NCBI RefSeq assembly: GCF_009914755.1
Contig: NC_060941.1
Direction: 5' to 3' (one strand)
Length of the DNA stretch: 64,000 nucleotides
Origin: the human T2T-CHM13v2.0 reference genome, Homo sapiens
Below are positions 40,376 through 53,310 of this stretch, piece by piece. Below the pieces are notes generated by a model that saw only the letters and a list, made by a program, of their open reading frames with translations, was not told the origin of the DNA and searched no databases. Numbering within the stretch: position 1 is the first letter of the stretch; each line of letters begins with the position of its first letter. The position numbers were made by a program, and so were the translations under genes.

Positions 40376-41779
40376 ATCTTTAAAGAGAAAATTGGAGGAT
40401 TCACATAGCATTACCAGCTTTATGCAGTTCTAAGTGTAGATACCCGAGAAATCATCTCAAGTCTATAATCACTATCTTTTCACGGGTGACAGGATATTTT
40501 CAAACCAAGAAAGCAGGAAAGATATAACTCCAGGGAAAGGACAATCCTGTTGATAATGAATAAATTTAACTTTATGAAAGACTCACTCATGTTTTTCTCA
40601 TTTCTCCACAAGCTGATGAAAACTTTGGCACGAAGCACTGGAATGCCGAAGTTAAACCCATATTAATTCCTACAAAATATGCAGTCTCGTAAGTCTTCGA
40701 GCTTCACCCAGATGCTGTGTTGCCTTTTAGAATCTGCATGCATGTTGGAAAGGTCCCTTGATGACAGGGAGAGGGAAGGGAGCCCTACCTTGCCCTGGGG
40801 GTCTTCTTTCCTTTAAGAACTGATTCCCTTTGGATTTTTTCATGGGTCATTATTCTTGGTCTTCCCAAGTTGCAAACAAGCTATTTTTCCATGACAATTT
40901 TCTTTTCTTTCACAGGTTTCTGATAAGACCCAACATTCTAAGTCACTGGTTGCTAGCTTTCCAAGAATAACTACTTCTTGGCAAACATTAGTTAAGTTTT
41001 GGATTAAGGTTAAGCTGCTTTCTGTTGGGTTCCGCATGTGTGTCTTAGCTTTAGACAGGCAAACACCTAGTTCTCCATTCCCACGATTCTTATTGATCTA
41101 TGCTATTTTTCACCATGATCCAGGTTGCTGTTCATAAGCGTGGTCAGCATACCTTCCTGGAGAAAAGCACACAGTGGGAGCCAATGGTATGAGGAAGGAA
41201 GTTGCCTTAGAGTTTACAAAAGTCCAGCTGTCACAGAATGATCTGATTGCTGAGTCAGAAGGGATGTGAAACTCTCTAGGTCTTTCTGGGCCCATGAAAA
41301 AGAAGCTTCTGAACTGAGAAAGTGGACCCGGTGTGCTCTAGAAGAGGTCAGGCTTCTGTGTGCTCCATCCCTTGCTCCACTGGCCGCAGGAGTCCAGCAA
41401 GTCACTTAACTTGAGTAACCTTGGTGTTAGCACCTCTAACAAAACACAATACCACCCGCCTCTTGGGCCATGTGAGCATGCAATGGAGTTGCACACAGGC
41501 TCACTGACACTGGCCTGGTCCCAGCATGGGCTCCTTTCTTTCCTTCCCTGTTCTCTTGATTCCAGGGGAGGCTGCCCAGGCAGAGCAACCTTGGAGAAGA
41601 GAGACTTGTTAATGGCTCAAGGCCAACATCTAGACAAAGATGGGGAAGAGTCAAGAGTATCATGAGTGGCTTGTCCCTGGGTCTGGCTCGCTTGTCACCA
41701 GGCTCTGTAGCACTGAGTTGGTTGCACATACCTGCCTCCTATGCTGAGGTTCTCCTGTGATGCAGGGAGGTCCCTGCAC

Positions 41780-41980
41780 TAACTGCATGAACTTGGGTCA
41801 GGATGGTGCCCTCCTGCTTACACACAGGGGCTCCTGCAGGGCAGATGTTACCATCATCCACACTGCATACAGAGAGGAGCAGAGAGGTCTGGAATTGGCC
41901 CAAAGTCACCAGCTGACACCTGAGAGACTCCACATTCAAAACCAGGGTTGTCCTTATCCCATGCACTTCCTGTGTCACCA
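41780..41980 (-). mobile_element. MIR
   Basis: gaattggcccaaagtcaccagct...attcaaaaccagg. Confidence 0.5.
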
Positions 41981-42229
41981 CCACCTAGGAAAGGAGAATC
42001 TACGAGAGAGAAATGACCTGGTGGGGAGAGCCCTGTCCCCAAGGTTGCAGGCCAAGGAGAGAAACCTCTGAAGTGTTCAATGTGTCCCCAGGTTGAATGT
42101 GGGGACAGGGTGGGGGAGGAGTTCCTTGGGGAGGGTGCTATTTAGGTGTAGAATCAGACATAAGAGGAGGTTGAGATGTCAGGGAAATGATGAAGGGTGA
42201 AGAATGGAAGTCAGAATCTTTATCGCCAC

Positions 42230-42480
42230 CACTTTCTCTCCTCCCTCTCTCCACTTCCTCTCCCTGTTTCTGTGTCTTCCCTTCTTCCTCCTTCCATCTC
42301 CTACCTCCTTTCCCTCTTCCCCCCTTGCCCTTCCTGCTCCCTCTCTTCCCACAAGCAACCCACACACGCTCCTCCACAGCTCTTCCTCCACCCTCCTCTG
42401 CATGGCCTCCTCCTCCTGCTCACCCCTTGGCCCCAGAGAGCATTCTGCCACCTTCCATTCCTTCTGTCATCTTATCTCTT
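42230..42480 (+). repeat. CT-rich low-complexity tract
   Basis: ctccctctctccacttcctctccc...cttcttcctccttcc. Confidence 0.8.
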
Positions 42481-42674
42481 CTAATAATTGCACATTTCCT
42501 TGAGACAAATTCGAAGGCCAAGGAGAGATAAAATGACTTCTCAGTCAGTAACCCCCCGAGCAAGTTTCTCTAAAGTATGCTTTCTTGACAAACTAGCAGG
42601 CCTTGTGTTCTTTGTGATTTCAAAAGAAAGTAATGCCACTTGTCCTCAGTGGTTACAGAATTAATCCATTAGTC

Positions 42675-42860
42675 ATCACTGAGTGCCAATTATGTGCTTG
42701 ACACTGAGCAGGGCACTTTACCTCTACAGTGGCATTTAATCCTTCCAGTAATCCAGGAAGCCTCCCTCCCCTCATTATACAGGAGAAAAAACGAGGTGCA
42801 GAGAAGTTAAGTGATGTGCCCAGCGTCACAAAACAAGCAAGTAATAGAGACAAACATAGA
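42675..42860 (-). mobile_element. MIR
   Basis: ccctcattatacaggagaaaaaacgaggtgcagagaagttaagtgatgtgccc. Confidence 0.8.
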
Positions 42861-42909
42861 AGCAGTTAATTAAAAAGAAGTTTCTACACGCTATCATTGA
42901 GCTGCCTAC

Positions 42910-43330
42910 AAGGCATCCAGCCAGGACCTTGGATATGAGCAACAGAAGCATTCTAGTTCACTTAAGCAAAAGGAAACTTCTTGATAATCTATCTAAGGCT
43001 CAAAAGAATCTGCAGGAAGCCTGGAGAGTCCAGCCTGGACATGGGTGGGAACCAGGGCCACTTGGAAGGCCAGGTATGAAAACAGGGAAATCAAGACCTC
43101 TTTGTCCTGGGCCCTGTGCTGTGGGGACATGAGCTCCCTGTATTTCAGAAGCTTGATGCCTCCTTCCTAACTCCAGAAGACAGCTATGCTTGTTCACTTG
43201 CTGTCCTTTTGGTGATAGAATCACAGGCTCCAGGTTATCATCCTATCAGATTGTAGCTGATGGGGAAGAAGTAACTCCCCAACAAATTTCTACCAGAAGG
43301 GTGACACAGAGAAGAGAGCATCAAGTAGCT
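42910..43330 (-). mobile_element. MLT1-type LTR fragment
   Basis: agccaggaccttggatatgagcaacagaagc...cttaagcaaaagg. Confidence 0.5.
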
Positions 43331-43479
43331 TGGGGCAGGGAGACACAGATGACAGCAGGCTTTACAGAACAGCAAGTCTTAAACCAAGGCTGCAAAGGGG
43401 AGCCATGGAATCCTAATGACAGCTCACTGGGAGGGCACACACATTCTAAAAAAGCTGAGCTGAGCCTGCCCCACGCTTT

Positions 43480-43870
43480 AGCACATTCCCTCCTCCCAGT
43501 AACCTGTTGAGACAGGGACTGTTAGCACCCCATTGTAGAGGGAAGGAAACTGAGGTGCAGAAAGCTGAAGTTTCTTACCCAAGACCCCACAGGTATAAGT
43601 GGCTGAGCTGGAATTCAGTCCAGGCCTGGCTGACTCCAGAATCTAAGCACTTAACTGCTCTGCTAGCAAATATTGCCTCACTATAACAGAGCATTACACA
43701 TGTCAAAGTGCTCTAAGATCCATTATCTCAGTTCACACTGCAACCCTGCAAAGTAGATAGGGCAGGTGTGATGATGCACATTTCCCAGCCGAGCAAATGG
43801 GGCCCAGAGATGCTAAGCGACCTACAGAAGGTCACACAGCTGGTGAATGAGAGAGCCTGCCCTGCCACCT
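43480..43870 (-). mobile_element. Two tandem MIR fragments
   Basis: ggaaactgaggtgcagaaagctgaag...; gggcccagagatgctaagcgacctacagaaggtcacacagct. Confidence 0.75.
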
Positions 43871-44819
43871 CCTGGCTCAGCACCCTCCTTGCTGCTAATA
43901 TACTCCAGAGGACTCTGAGTGCCCAGTTGAAGAGAGGATCAGAGTCAGGACAAGAAAGAGACATTCATTTCTAGATTCTGGTATTTAATTCCCAGGCAGG
44001 CCACCTGACCCTTCGCCCTGAGAAGGCACCCAAGTGCCATCAAGCGCCTGGTGCCCTTCCGCCTCAAGGTCTGGGCACGATTAAACAAAAACGAGGGATT
44101 GTTGCCTAACAAATTAGCAACAGGTAAAAGCAATCAAGCCATCTGTTGCCTCCCGCCGCTGCTGCCTAATCCCCTTTCTCGGCGGTGACCCCCGCTCTGC
44201 GCTCAAACACAAATTAATAAACTGGCCTTTGCATATGTATTTGTGGCTTCAGGTGTGGAGAGAGCCACATGAGCAGGTGGTGGGAATGCAGTTGCTGAAG
44301 ATGCTCTGCTCATGCAAATGTCCTTAGGTAGGGAGGGAAGTCTGCTGAAGGGCAATGGGACAGGGTCAGCTGACAGAGAGGATGAGCCCTGAGTGGCCAG
44401 TGAAGGTGGGGCTTCCGGGTTAGCTCTCTGTTCCACGTGGGAACTGTCTCTATGCCTTGCTCATCCCTCTGAGGTCTTGCATCGCTGGTCCCATTCTCCA
44501 TATTAAAAACACTGAGGCCAAGAGAGGCTATATGATCATCCCAGGGACAGCGGAAGGCATGGACAAAGGCAGAAGTGAGCCCCAGGCCCCCCATGATGGC
44601 CAGCTTTCCTAGGAGCTGGTCTTAGGCCACCTCCCAGAGTCTCAGTTTCCTCACTGCAAGTTTCTAAGATATGTAAGTGCATCAGCAATGCTTAATTGGA
44701 CTTGACCAGAATTACTATTAATCGTGACTAGTATTTATTTCACCTTCTCACCATCCTTAGAAAGTAGATGTTACTATGCCCACTTTACAAATGCAGAAAC
44801 TGAGATTCCAGAGCTGTTA

Positions 44820-45300
44820 ATTGCAATTATTTGTTAATTGGTACTTACTGTGGTCTAGGCTGGGCTCAGGCTAACAGTAGGCACTTGGATGCAAAGATGT
44901 ACAGGGAAGGCCTTATTCCTGTCCTCACAGCACTGACAAAGTCAGTTACAAGTGCTTTGGATTAAATTAAATAATGGGTGGGGGGTGGGCACAGATAGGT
45001 GGGTCAGGGCTATGCAGCCTCTCTGAGGCCCAAAGGATGAAAAGGAACCAAGCAGACAAGAAGAGGGCAAGGGCATTCCAGGAAGAGGAAACAGCATGTC
45101 AGAGGCCCTGAGAAGGGAAAGGATATGGTGTCTGGGGTCAGTGTGCTGGTGCCCAGAGCAAGAAAAAGGTTGAGCTCGTGGTTAGACCCAGATCAGACAG
45201 GGCCTGGCCAGCCCTAGTGGAAGCTCTGGATTTTCTCCTGTGTGTAGCAGGAGGAGGGCCACCTGATCAGTTAGACACCAAAGACAGGCTCCCTTCACTG
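44820..45300 (-). mobile_element. L2 fragment
   Basis: gggcattccaggaagaggaaacagcatgtcagaggccctgag. Confidence 0.65.
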
Positions 45301-45709
45301 CGCCACGCTGTCCCCTCACAGGGCTGCTCCTGCAGGAGTAAAGGAAACTAGTGGTCACCTCCTTGGAAAGCCTTCTCATAGCCCCAGATTGGACCAGAGT
45401 GAGGACCCTGGAAGTTCCTAGACTAGGGTTTTCTTCTCCTGGTCACACAGGAGCCACACAGAGCTAGGACATTGTCTTTCCCATTTTAAAATCCCATGTT
45501 ACTCCGGATAAGGACAGCAAAGGAGGAAAGGAACCTTTTCTGGGCCACCAGAAGGATGAGCTTGGGCTTGGGAGACACATCTCTAAGCATCCAGAAATGT
45601 GTCTGGGAGTGGGGACGGCAGAGCTCCCATGCTGTGATCTCACAGGGGGACAGGGCTGGGAAGTCCCTTTTAACTTCTGACATCCCAGTCCAGGTAGTGG
45701 CAAAGACCT

Positions 45710-45900
45710 GGGCTCTGGAGTACCCCCCATTCCTTGCTGTGTGACCTGGGGCCTTTCCAAACTCTGTGTGCCTTTGTTTCCCCACTTGTAAAATGGACAG
45801 TCTCCCTCAAAGAGCGTTGGGGAATAGAAAACAGCTGCAGGCACCGAGCCGGATGTCTGCACTGAGTAGGTGCTGAGCGACATTAGCATTAACCTCCATC
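45710..45900 (+). mobile_element. MIR
   Basis: gctgtgtgacctgggg...ctctgtgtgcctttgtttccccacttgtaaaatgg. Confidence 0.75.
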
Positions 45901-46344
45901 TGCTTCCAGGCTGCCCCTCTTTTAGCCAGTCAGCATCAAACCTACAACTCCTATTGTCCCAGAGCCTTGCTGCATCTGAAGTTTCAAATCCCTTGTTAAA
46001 AATAAGCTTCAAAACAAGCCAGAAGAGGAGGTGGGAAAGGAAAATAAGAGAAGGAGAGAGGTGGAAGGAGCTTTGCTCACCTGAAGCCAGACCTCTAATT
46101 CTGCTGGTGGCCAGGGACAGCCCTGCCGCCAGTTTCTCTCACAAATCAAAGGGCTGTGGAGTAATCAACTGCAAAGTGCTGAGTTCTTTGAGGGTAGAAG
46201 CCAGAAAGGATGCGCTTGTCCTTCTCAGCTCACAGGAGTGCCTTGAGGAGATGGGCTGGGCGGGCCTGTAACTGGAGTTGGAGGGGAGAGGAGGGTGGTC
46301 AAGCTGGAGAAAGGGAGGAGAGTTGAGACCAACACTGGCTGTGC

Positions 46345-46530
46345 AGTCAGACCTGATCCTCCTCCTGTGATTCTGGCCAGTTACCCACTTCCTTAAGGCT
46401 CTGTTGTCTTATCTGTGAAATGGATCGATAGCAGCTGCCTGGCAGGCTTGTTGGGAGGAGGGTATTGAATACCAGATTCAGAGCCCTGTACCCTGGGTGT
46501 GGCACACAGTAGGTGCAGCACACAAGAGGT
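46345..46530 (+). mobile_element. MIR
   Basis: cttatctgtgaaatggatcgatagc...tggcacacagtaggtgc. Confidence 0.7.
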
Positions 46531-46694
46531 GCTCCGTGAGTGTTGCTTCTCATTCATTCACCCCTCTCTGCAGGGAAAGGGGAGGACTGGAGTGGGCTCA
46601 AGTGTCCAAATGCCAGGCTTGCCATCTCCCCACCCCATTGAGCTGTCTTCCCTCATGTGTTCCTTAGAAGCATCTTCCTAGTCTTAGGGTGTGA

Positions 46695-47036
<342 letters not shown>

Positions 47037-47871
47037 ATGCTCCCTTTCTGTTTTTATTCTGTCCCCACGGCCCTCCCCACTGCCTTTCTCCTGAGCTGAC
47101 CCAGCCCCCTCCTAATAGGCTTCACTGCCCCCAGCCTCTGAGCTGCCCCCAGGCCCACTGAGCACACGACTGCAGATCCACCACCCTGAGGCCCAGGTCT
47201 GCTTTCCCCTGGCCTCGGCACCAGGCTCAGGCACACTCCCCATCACAATGGCTCCACTTGGCAGCCAAAGCCAGCCACTCTCTGGGTGCTGCTGGCCTTA
47301 TGGAATGACCATCACAGCACCTGGCACCAGCTGGCACCCAACCGACAGTCAACAGCCCTCACCGCACAACCCCCTCTACCCGCTCTCAGCACTGCCATTC
47401 CCAACGCTCACCATACCCGATCCTGCCTCTTTATTTTTGCTCATGCAAAAACCCAACATCCTTCAGCAATCAGCTAAAATGCTCTCTCCCTCCAGAATCC
47501 CCCCAGAATATTCTCTCCCTCACACTGTGCAGAATTTGGGCTCCTTATTCTAGCACTCATCAAAGTCTACTTAGAATAGGGCCATTTGCATAGATGGGTA
47601 ATTTGCTAAGTCTGCATTTAAGTTTGTACTACATGGAACAGGATGTTAGCTCTGAGGTGCCAATGAGATAGATACCTGGAAACAAAGTGAGTGTGAGTTG
47701 GGGCTACTCCAGGGCAGTCAGGGGATGGGGTAACATGAATTGTCAAGGGTGTGGTGATGCTGTGGGACAGAAGGAAGTGTGTGGGTATGTGCACACCAGT
47801 CTGCATATGTGCACTGGGGACTTCACACACACAGAGCTCCTTGCAGTCCTAAGTGAGCATTCAGGCCTCAT

Positions 47872-47912
<41 letters not shown>

Positions 47913-47936
47913 AAACACACACACACACACACACAC
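47872..47936 (+). repeat. (CT)n(CA)n compound microsatellite
   Basis: tctctctctc...tcacacacac. Confidence 0.95.
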
Positions 47937-48429
47937 TGCACATATAATGCAAAGACATCTTGTAGATCTTCACATTCTTAAACCTCATGATTGGTACAAA
48001 TTAAACAAATATTGAAAGAAACTCCAGCAGAGCTCTCCAAGCCTCAGTCCTGCTGGGTATACCAAAACACCTCCAGCAGCTGAACAGCACAATGATAAGG
48101 AATGACAATATGTTTTACCCTTTCTGGAGTGCTGTTCACAAGCAGCTCTTAGATCCTTGCGATCTGCTCCCATCTTTAGGGAGGAGGCCTGAGGGCACAG
48201 TCTGTTTGAGGCAGAGCTGGTGTTCAAAGTCCCTCTTGGGATTCTGACTCCCAAGCTCTACGGGCAGAAGCTGTGGAAGGCTTTATATCATCAGGTACTG
48301 CATCTCCTTGGGACTCTCTCCACAAGCAGAGTTCCTCCAAGCCTCACGGATCTACACCTCCTTCTTCTATGAGACAAGAAACTGGAATTTTCCATGTGAG
48401 CTAAGTAATGGGGGCATGAGCATGCACAT

Positions 48430-48770
48430 CCTCCCTTGAGGTTCAGCTTAGACACAACTTCCCCCAGGAAATCTCTCCTACAACTCTCCCCTCATCCCCA
48501 GGCTCCAGTATGTTCCCATAGCACCAAATCTTGGCAGGTAGTATAGTGGCCTGTTTGCAGGTCCGTCATCTGGATCCTGCAGCAGCCTTTGAGCCCTAAC
48601 CACAGGGACAGGGTCTCATTCACCTATGGGTCCAGGTCCTGGCATATCTTAGACTTTAACAAAGCCTTACTGAACATATGGTTGGATGGATGACTGGATG
48701 GACAGATGGATGGAGGGATGGATGGATGGATGGATGGATGGACAGATGGACAGATGGATGGATGGATGAC
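48430..48770 (+). mobile_element. L2 3' end with expanded (TGGA)n tail
   Basis: acagggacagggtctcattcacc...; tggatggatgga array 48683-48768. Confidence 0.7.
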
Positions 48771-49349
48771 CCAGGATGCAAATGAACTCTATGCACAGCT
48801 ACAGCTATAGAAGCAAGGCTCAATCACTTGCGGGTGTATGGGGAGAGGAGGAGGAGGGAGAGGGAACGAGAGCCGGCCTTTGTCCTCATCTCTTCCACCC
48901 GGCAATTTTCCCAAGGAAGCATGAGTTAGTCTTCTAAGGAAAGTAGAGGGGATGTGAATAGAGAAGGAAACCCCACTACCTTCAGTGGGGTCCAAGAAGG
49001 CAGCTCAGCCCTCAATCCTAGATGCCTCCTGAGCCCAGAGATCAGTCTTTAGATAAGAAAGTGAGTGTTCTCTGTCACTGCCCCTGCCAGGGGGAGAGAG
49101 GCCCCTCCTATACCTGCTCCTAGTACACTCTGCACCCATTACCAGTTTCCCTGGCTGAAAATCTCAAGAGATTTTTCCTCAAGTACTTGTATCTACAGGA
49201 GTTTAAGAAATGATCATGCAGAGAATTGTCATCCCCGACTCCTCTGCAAACCCTACAGAGGCTTGGAAAAGTTCATCTTCCCCAGACTCCCAACATTCTC
49301 TTTTCTGTGGCCAGTAGCCAACCATGAGCGAGTTCATTAATATTAATGT

Positions 49350-49590
49350 TAATAATCTCCTACATTTGCTTCACGCTTTCCTGCTTACAAAGCACTTTCA
49401 GATCCATCATCTCAGACAATCCTCAACACCAGCCTGAGAGGTCAGCGGGGCAGTGATTACCATCCCCATTTCACTGAGGAGGGAACAAAGGTCCGGGAAG
49501 AGAAGGGATCAGCCCAAGGTCACAGAGCAGCCAGGACTGGAGAGAGCTCAGGGCAGAGTCCAGGTGTCCTGACCCCCAGGCCAGCGCTGG
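49350..49590 (-). mobile_element. MIR
   Basis: ccccatttcactgaggagggaacaaagg...cccaaggtcacagagc. Confidence 0.8.
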
Positions 49591-50059
49591 GTTACTCCAC
49601 CTCCATGCTGACAACCCCTTTCCTTCTCTGCCTCATCAATGTCACCATTGGCGTCATCTCCTGGTTCTCAGTCATTAAAAAGATAGGCTTAAAATAAATA
49701 CAAGAGGCAGGCTTTAGCCATCTGCTAAAATGGGTAAAACGACCTGCCAGCAATTTGCTGGATGACCTTGGGCTAGACAGTTTCCTATCTGGGCCTGCAA
49801 TTCCTTGTGTTTCAAGTGACAGTGCTGGCCTCTTCTCCTCCGGCCCTACCCACTGTGACGGGAGGCTGCTGGAACCTAAGGGTGCCACCCTTGGTGCCAG
49901 ACTGGGGCTGGCAGCAATCATGCCTCTGCGATCCCCTCCTCAGCACTCTGGAGTGGGAGGGATAGACACCTGTCATGAGCCTGTGACAGCCAAAGGATGG
50001 AGCTATAAAGCAACAGAGGACTGGCAAGAACCCTCCTGAGCGTGGGGGTGGAGCTAATC

Positions 50060-50275
50060 ACAATTGCTACAGTGTAGCTACTCTATGACAAGTGCTTTAT
50101 GCATGTTATTGACATGCCTCAAAATAGTTCTACCAGACAGCAATTAGCAATTATTTTCATTTTAAAGATGAGACACTCCAAGCTCAGAGAGGTTTCTTGA
50201 CATGCCCAAACTCACACAGCAAACAGCAGAGGCAAGTTCCAAACCCAGATCTGCTCTGATTTCTCAGTCCCAAAT
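50060..50275 (-). mobile_element. MIR
   Basis: cattttaaagatgagacactccaagctcagagagg. Confidence 0.8.
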
Positions 50276-51459
50276 GCTAGAAGGTGGAGTGGGAGGGGTG
50301 CACGTGGAACCCCCTAAGTTCACCCTTCCTCCATTTTCTTTCTCCCAACCTCTCTCCCCTCCCTTCTCCTCTCTTCCTCCCTCCCTTTCCCTGGAGTCAC
50401 AGTCCCAGGCTGGGTCTCCTCTGCTGCACCAGCTCGCCCTGTCATCTCAGCACAGGCGGAGATTTATGGATCTCACTTCAAGGATTTTTCTTTAATAATA
50501 ACATTTATAATCATTTTAGAAATTAAGAACTGAGGATGCAAAGCATTTTAATTAAAATAATCCGCAGTTGATAATTATAGGACTCTCTTAGCTGGAACCA
50601 TCTTCTTTCAATCTGTCACACTCCCTAAGGAAGGCAGGAGATAATCGTGAGGCAGTGAGCTGGTGAGCCAGCCCTGGTACCTGTGTGTGATACCGTGTGT
50701 CCCAGGGGTCATTCTCAGAGGCTGCCTGCTAGGGAGGTCGGCTTCGGGGTGAGCTGGGCTGGCATCATCTTTAGAGTTGGTCCCCTGTGAGCCATGCAAG
50801 GCTGGCTTTTCACAGGAGGATAAGCCCTTCCAGAGCCTCCTCCCCACCCCTACGACACAGTCTTCTGCTGGTTACCCCTGTGGGCTCAGAGGGTCTGAGA
50901 CCCAAGACACAGAGGAACGTAGAACCCTCGCTCGGCCAATGCCCTCCTGCTAATGCCCCCAAATTCCCTGCCTCTCTGCCCCAGCCCCAACCTCACCCTC
51001 ACCCCAGGTGCAGTTCTGCCCTCTGTGGTCAGGAGAGGGCAGCCAAGGCCACCAAATGCAGACAGAGTCCCTGAAGAATGGGCCTGCTTATTGGACTTAG
51101 AGAAGGACAAGAGAGGAGCCCCGGCTTGGGGAGGTGGGATATGAACAAGCCAAAGTGACCCCACTCGATGCCTACCACTGAGACACCTCTGCTCAGCTCT
51201 GGCCCCACCAACAGAGAATGACACAGATATCTCTTCCCTTCGAAGGTCACATTCCAGCAGAGACAATAAACATGTAAATTAATGGTAACAGAAAGTGATT
51301 CATGCCCAAAATGAAGCTGCAGCAGTGAGGGTCCCAAGAGTCTTCAGGTCTGTGTGTGGGGTCATCAGGGAAGGCTTCACTGAGGAGGCAATGCCTTGGC
51401 AGGGTTGTGAAGGATAAATAGGAGCCCACCCCGGCTCAGTGACAATCTTGACCACTAGG

Positions 51460-51690
51460 ATTTCTTGACTGTTTAGCATGTGCCACACACTGTGTTGGTC
51501 TGTTGTCACATCTCATTCAAGCTTCACAACATGCCTGAAAGATAGACTTTATTATCAGCACCTTTGTTTTTCTCTAGATAAAGAGACAGACTTGGAGAGG
51601 TTGGATCATGCACTCCAGGTCACATAGTAAATAAGAGGCAGAGGTAGGCATTGAACCCCAACCCATCAATGCCAACCCCTGTGCTTATCC
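51460..51690 (-). mobile_element. MIR
   Basis: agataaagagacagacttggagaggtt...ccaggtcacatag. Confidence 0.7.
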
Positions 51691-53099
51691 TGTGCGACGT
51701 GGGGCCCTCCAGGATAACAGATTTGTCTAGGAAGGCTTATCCCCCACAGAGGAAATGTGTACAAGGCTGCAGGGCCCAAAGCGAGTGACAGCAGCTGGTA
51801 AGAGAGGAGGCAGGGGTGACAGCTAGGTGTGTCCTGCCAGAAGACCAGTTTGGGGAAAGCTTAACTGAGTGACTGTCCCTTTCTGGGTCTTAGTTTCCCC
51901 ATCAATAAGTGTAGGGTGGGGCTGTCTCCAGGGACTCTGATTGTAATTGATAACAAATAATGGCATTTGGATTGGTTGGGACTGCTTTAGAGAGCTCAGA
52001 GGGTCTTCAGATTTCTGGGCCCACTGTAGCATCCCAAGCTCTGGGCAGAGTGCCTCTCCCCTGCCCCAACACTCATCCTGGGAGAGAGGGGGTGCACAGG
52101 GAAGGTGCTCCTCACCAGGGCTCCACCCCAAATCCATTAAGGGCAAAAATGTAATCGGGAAGGAGATTCTGACAGTGGCTTGAAAGTGACCTCACTCGGG
52201 CTGATGAATGCCTCCGTTTCCTCGCGGAAAACATGCGGGACATGAGCCGGCCAGCCAGGAGAGGATTGGACACCTCCAGCAGGAAGTGGCAGCTGTCCCG
52301 CCACTGAGGCCAGACCTGTCCCTCCACCCTCTGCAGTCCAAGCAGCTTCCGTCCCCACCCCCACTGGAGCCTCCCCAAGCAGTGGACAAGACCGGAAAAT
52401 GATTATATAGGCTCACTCATGGATAAAATTGGTTCTTGGTCTGAGAAGCCACAAAGGGGAGATCCAAGATGAGCACCATGGAGGTCCTGGGGCTGGCACG
52501 CTGGCAGCGAGGCAGCAGGAGTGGAAGTCTGTGCCACGCTGGCCCAGGACACACCATCAGGGCCACCCTTCTATCCCAGTAATCACAGCTTAGGCAGCAG
52601 CCCCAATCCCCTGATCAGCACCTTCTCTGCACCCTCAAGAGGGCAGAAATTGGCTGGGAATACTGAGAAGAAATTTGGGCCTCCCAGACCCAGGGTTTCT
52701 GGGGAACAGCTCTGCCAGGGTTGAGCAATCTAGGGAGGATATGCTAGTTTTGCGAGGCTCCAGGCTGCAGACAAGGCTGGATTAAGTGAGGGCTTGAAGG
52801 AGGGGCGTACTCAATGAGCCCACCTTCTAAACACTGCCCAGCAAAGCACAACCTTCCCACTGCTTCCTAAATAGTGGCTTCTCTGGATGCTAGCTGGCCT
52901 CTTCAGATGAGGAATTTCCCTCCCATTCTGGGCCCTCCCCTTCAGAGAACACTGGAGCCCAAGGTGCTTTCAGTAACAAGTTTCATTGCAGCTAAAAATA
53001 ATGGAGCGACCCATATCTCATTTTCCTGCATTCTGTAACGACAAGTGCCCCAAAAGGGGCAGTGGCTGGGAATTAGCAAAAATTCAAGGCAACTGGAAA

Positions 53100-53310
53100 A
53101 TATTTAGATAGAATAAAATATGTGCATTCAAAAGAAAGCTAAGAAAAGGCAGGATTCAGAATGATGGTTACCTTGGGTGGGGAAAGGCAGGGAGATGGGA
53201 CAGGCAGGAGGAAGCCACACAATTAAGTGTCAATCATTGTCAAGGACTCTCCTTTTATGTTAGGAGGTGAGTTGGGGGCACTTATTGCATTGTTATCATG
53301 TGCAAATGGA
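53100..53310 (+). mobile_element. Old L1M 3' UTR fragment
   Basis: attcagaatgatggttaccttgggtggggaaaggcagggagatggg. Confidence 0.55.

Noticed and set aside
40130-40640. Possible hAT-Charlie element (cgtggttctcag...gaagcactg ends)
   Set aside because: Ends too degenerate to call without a library search.
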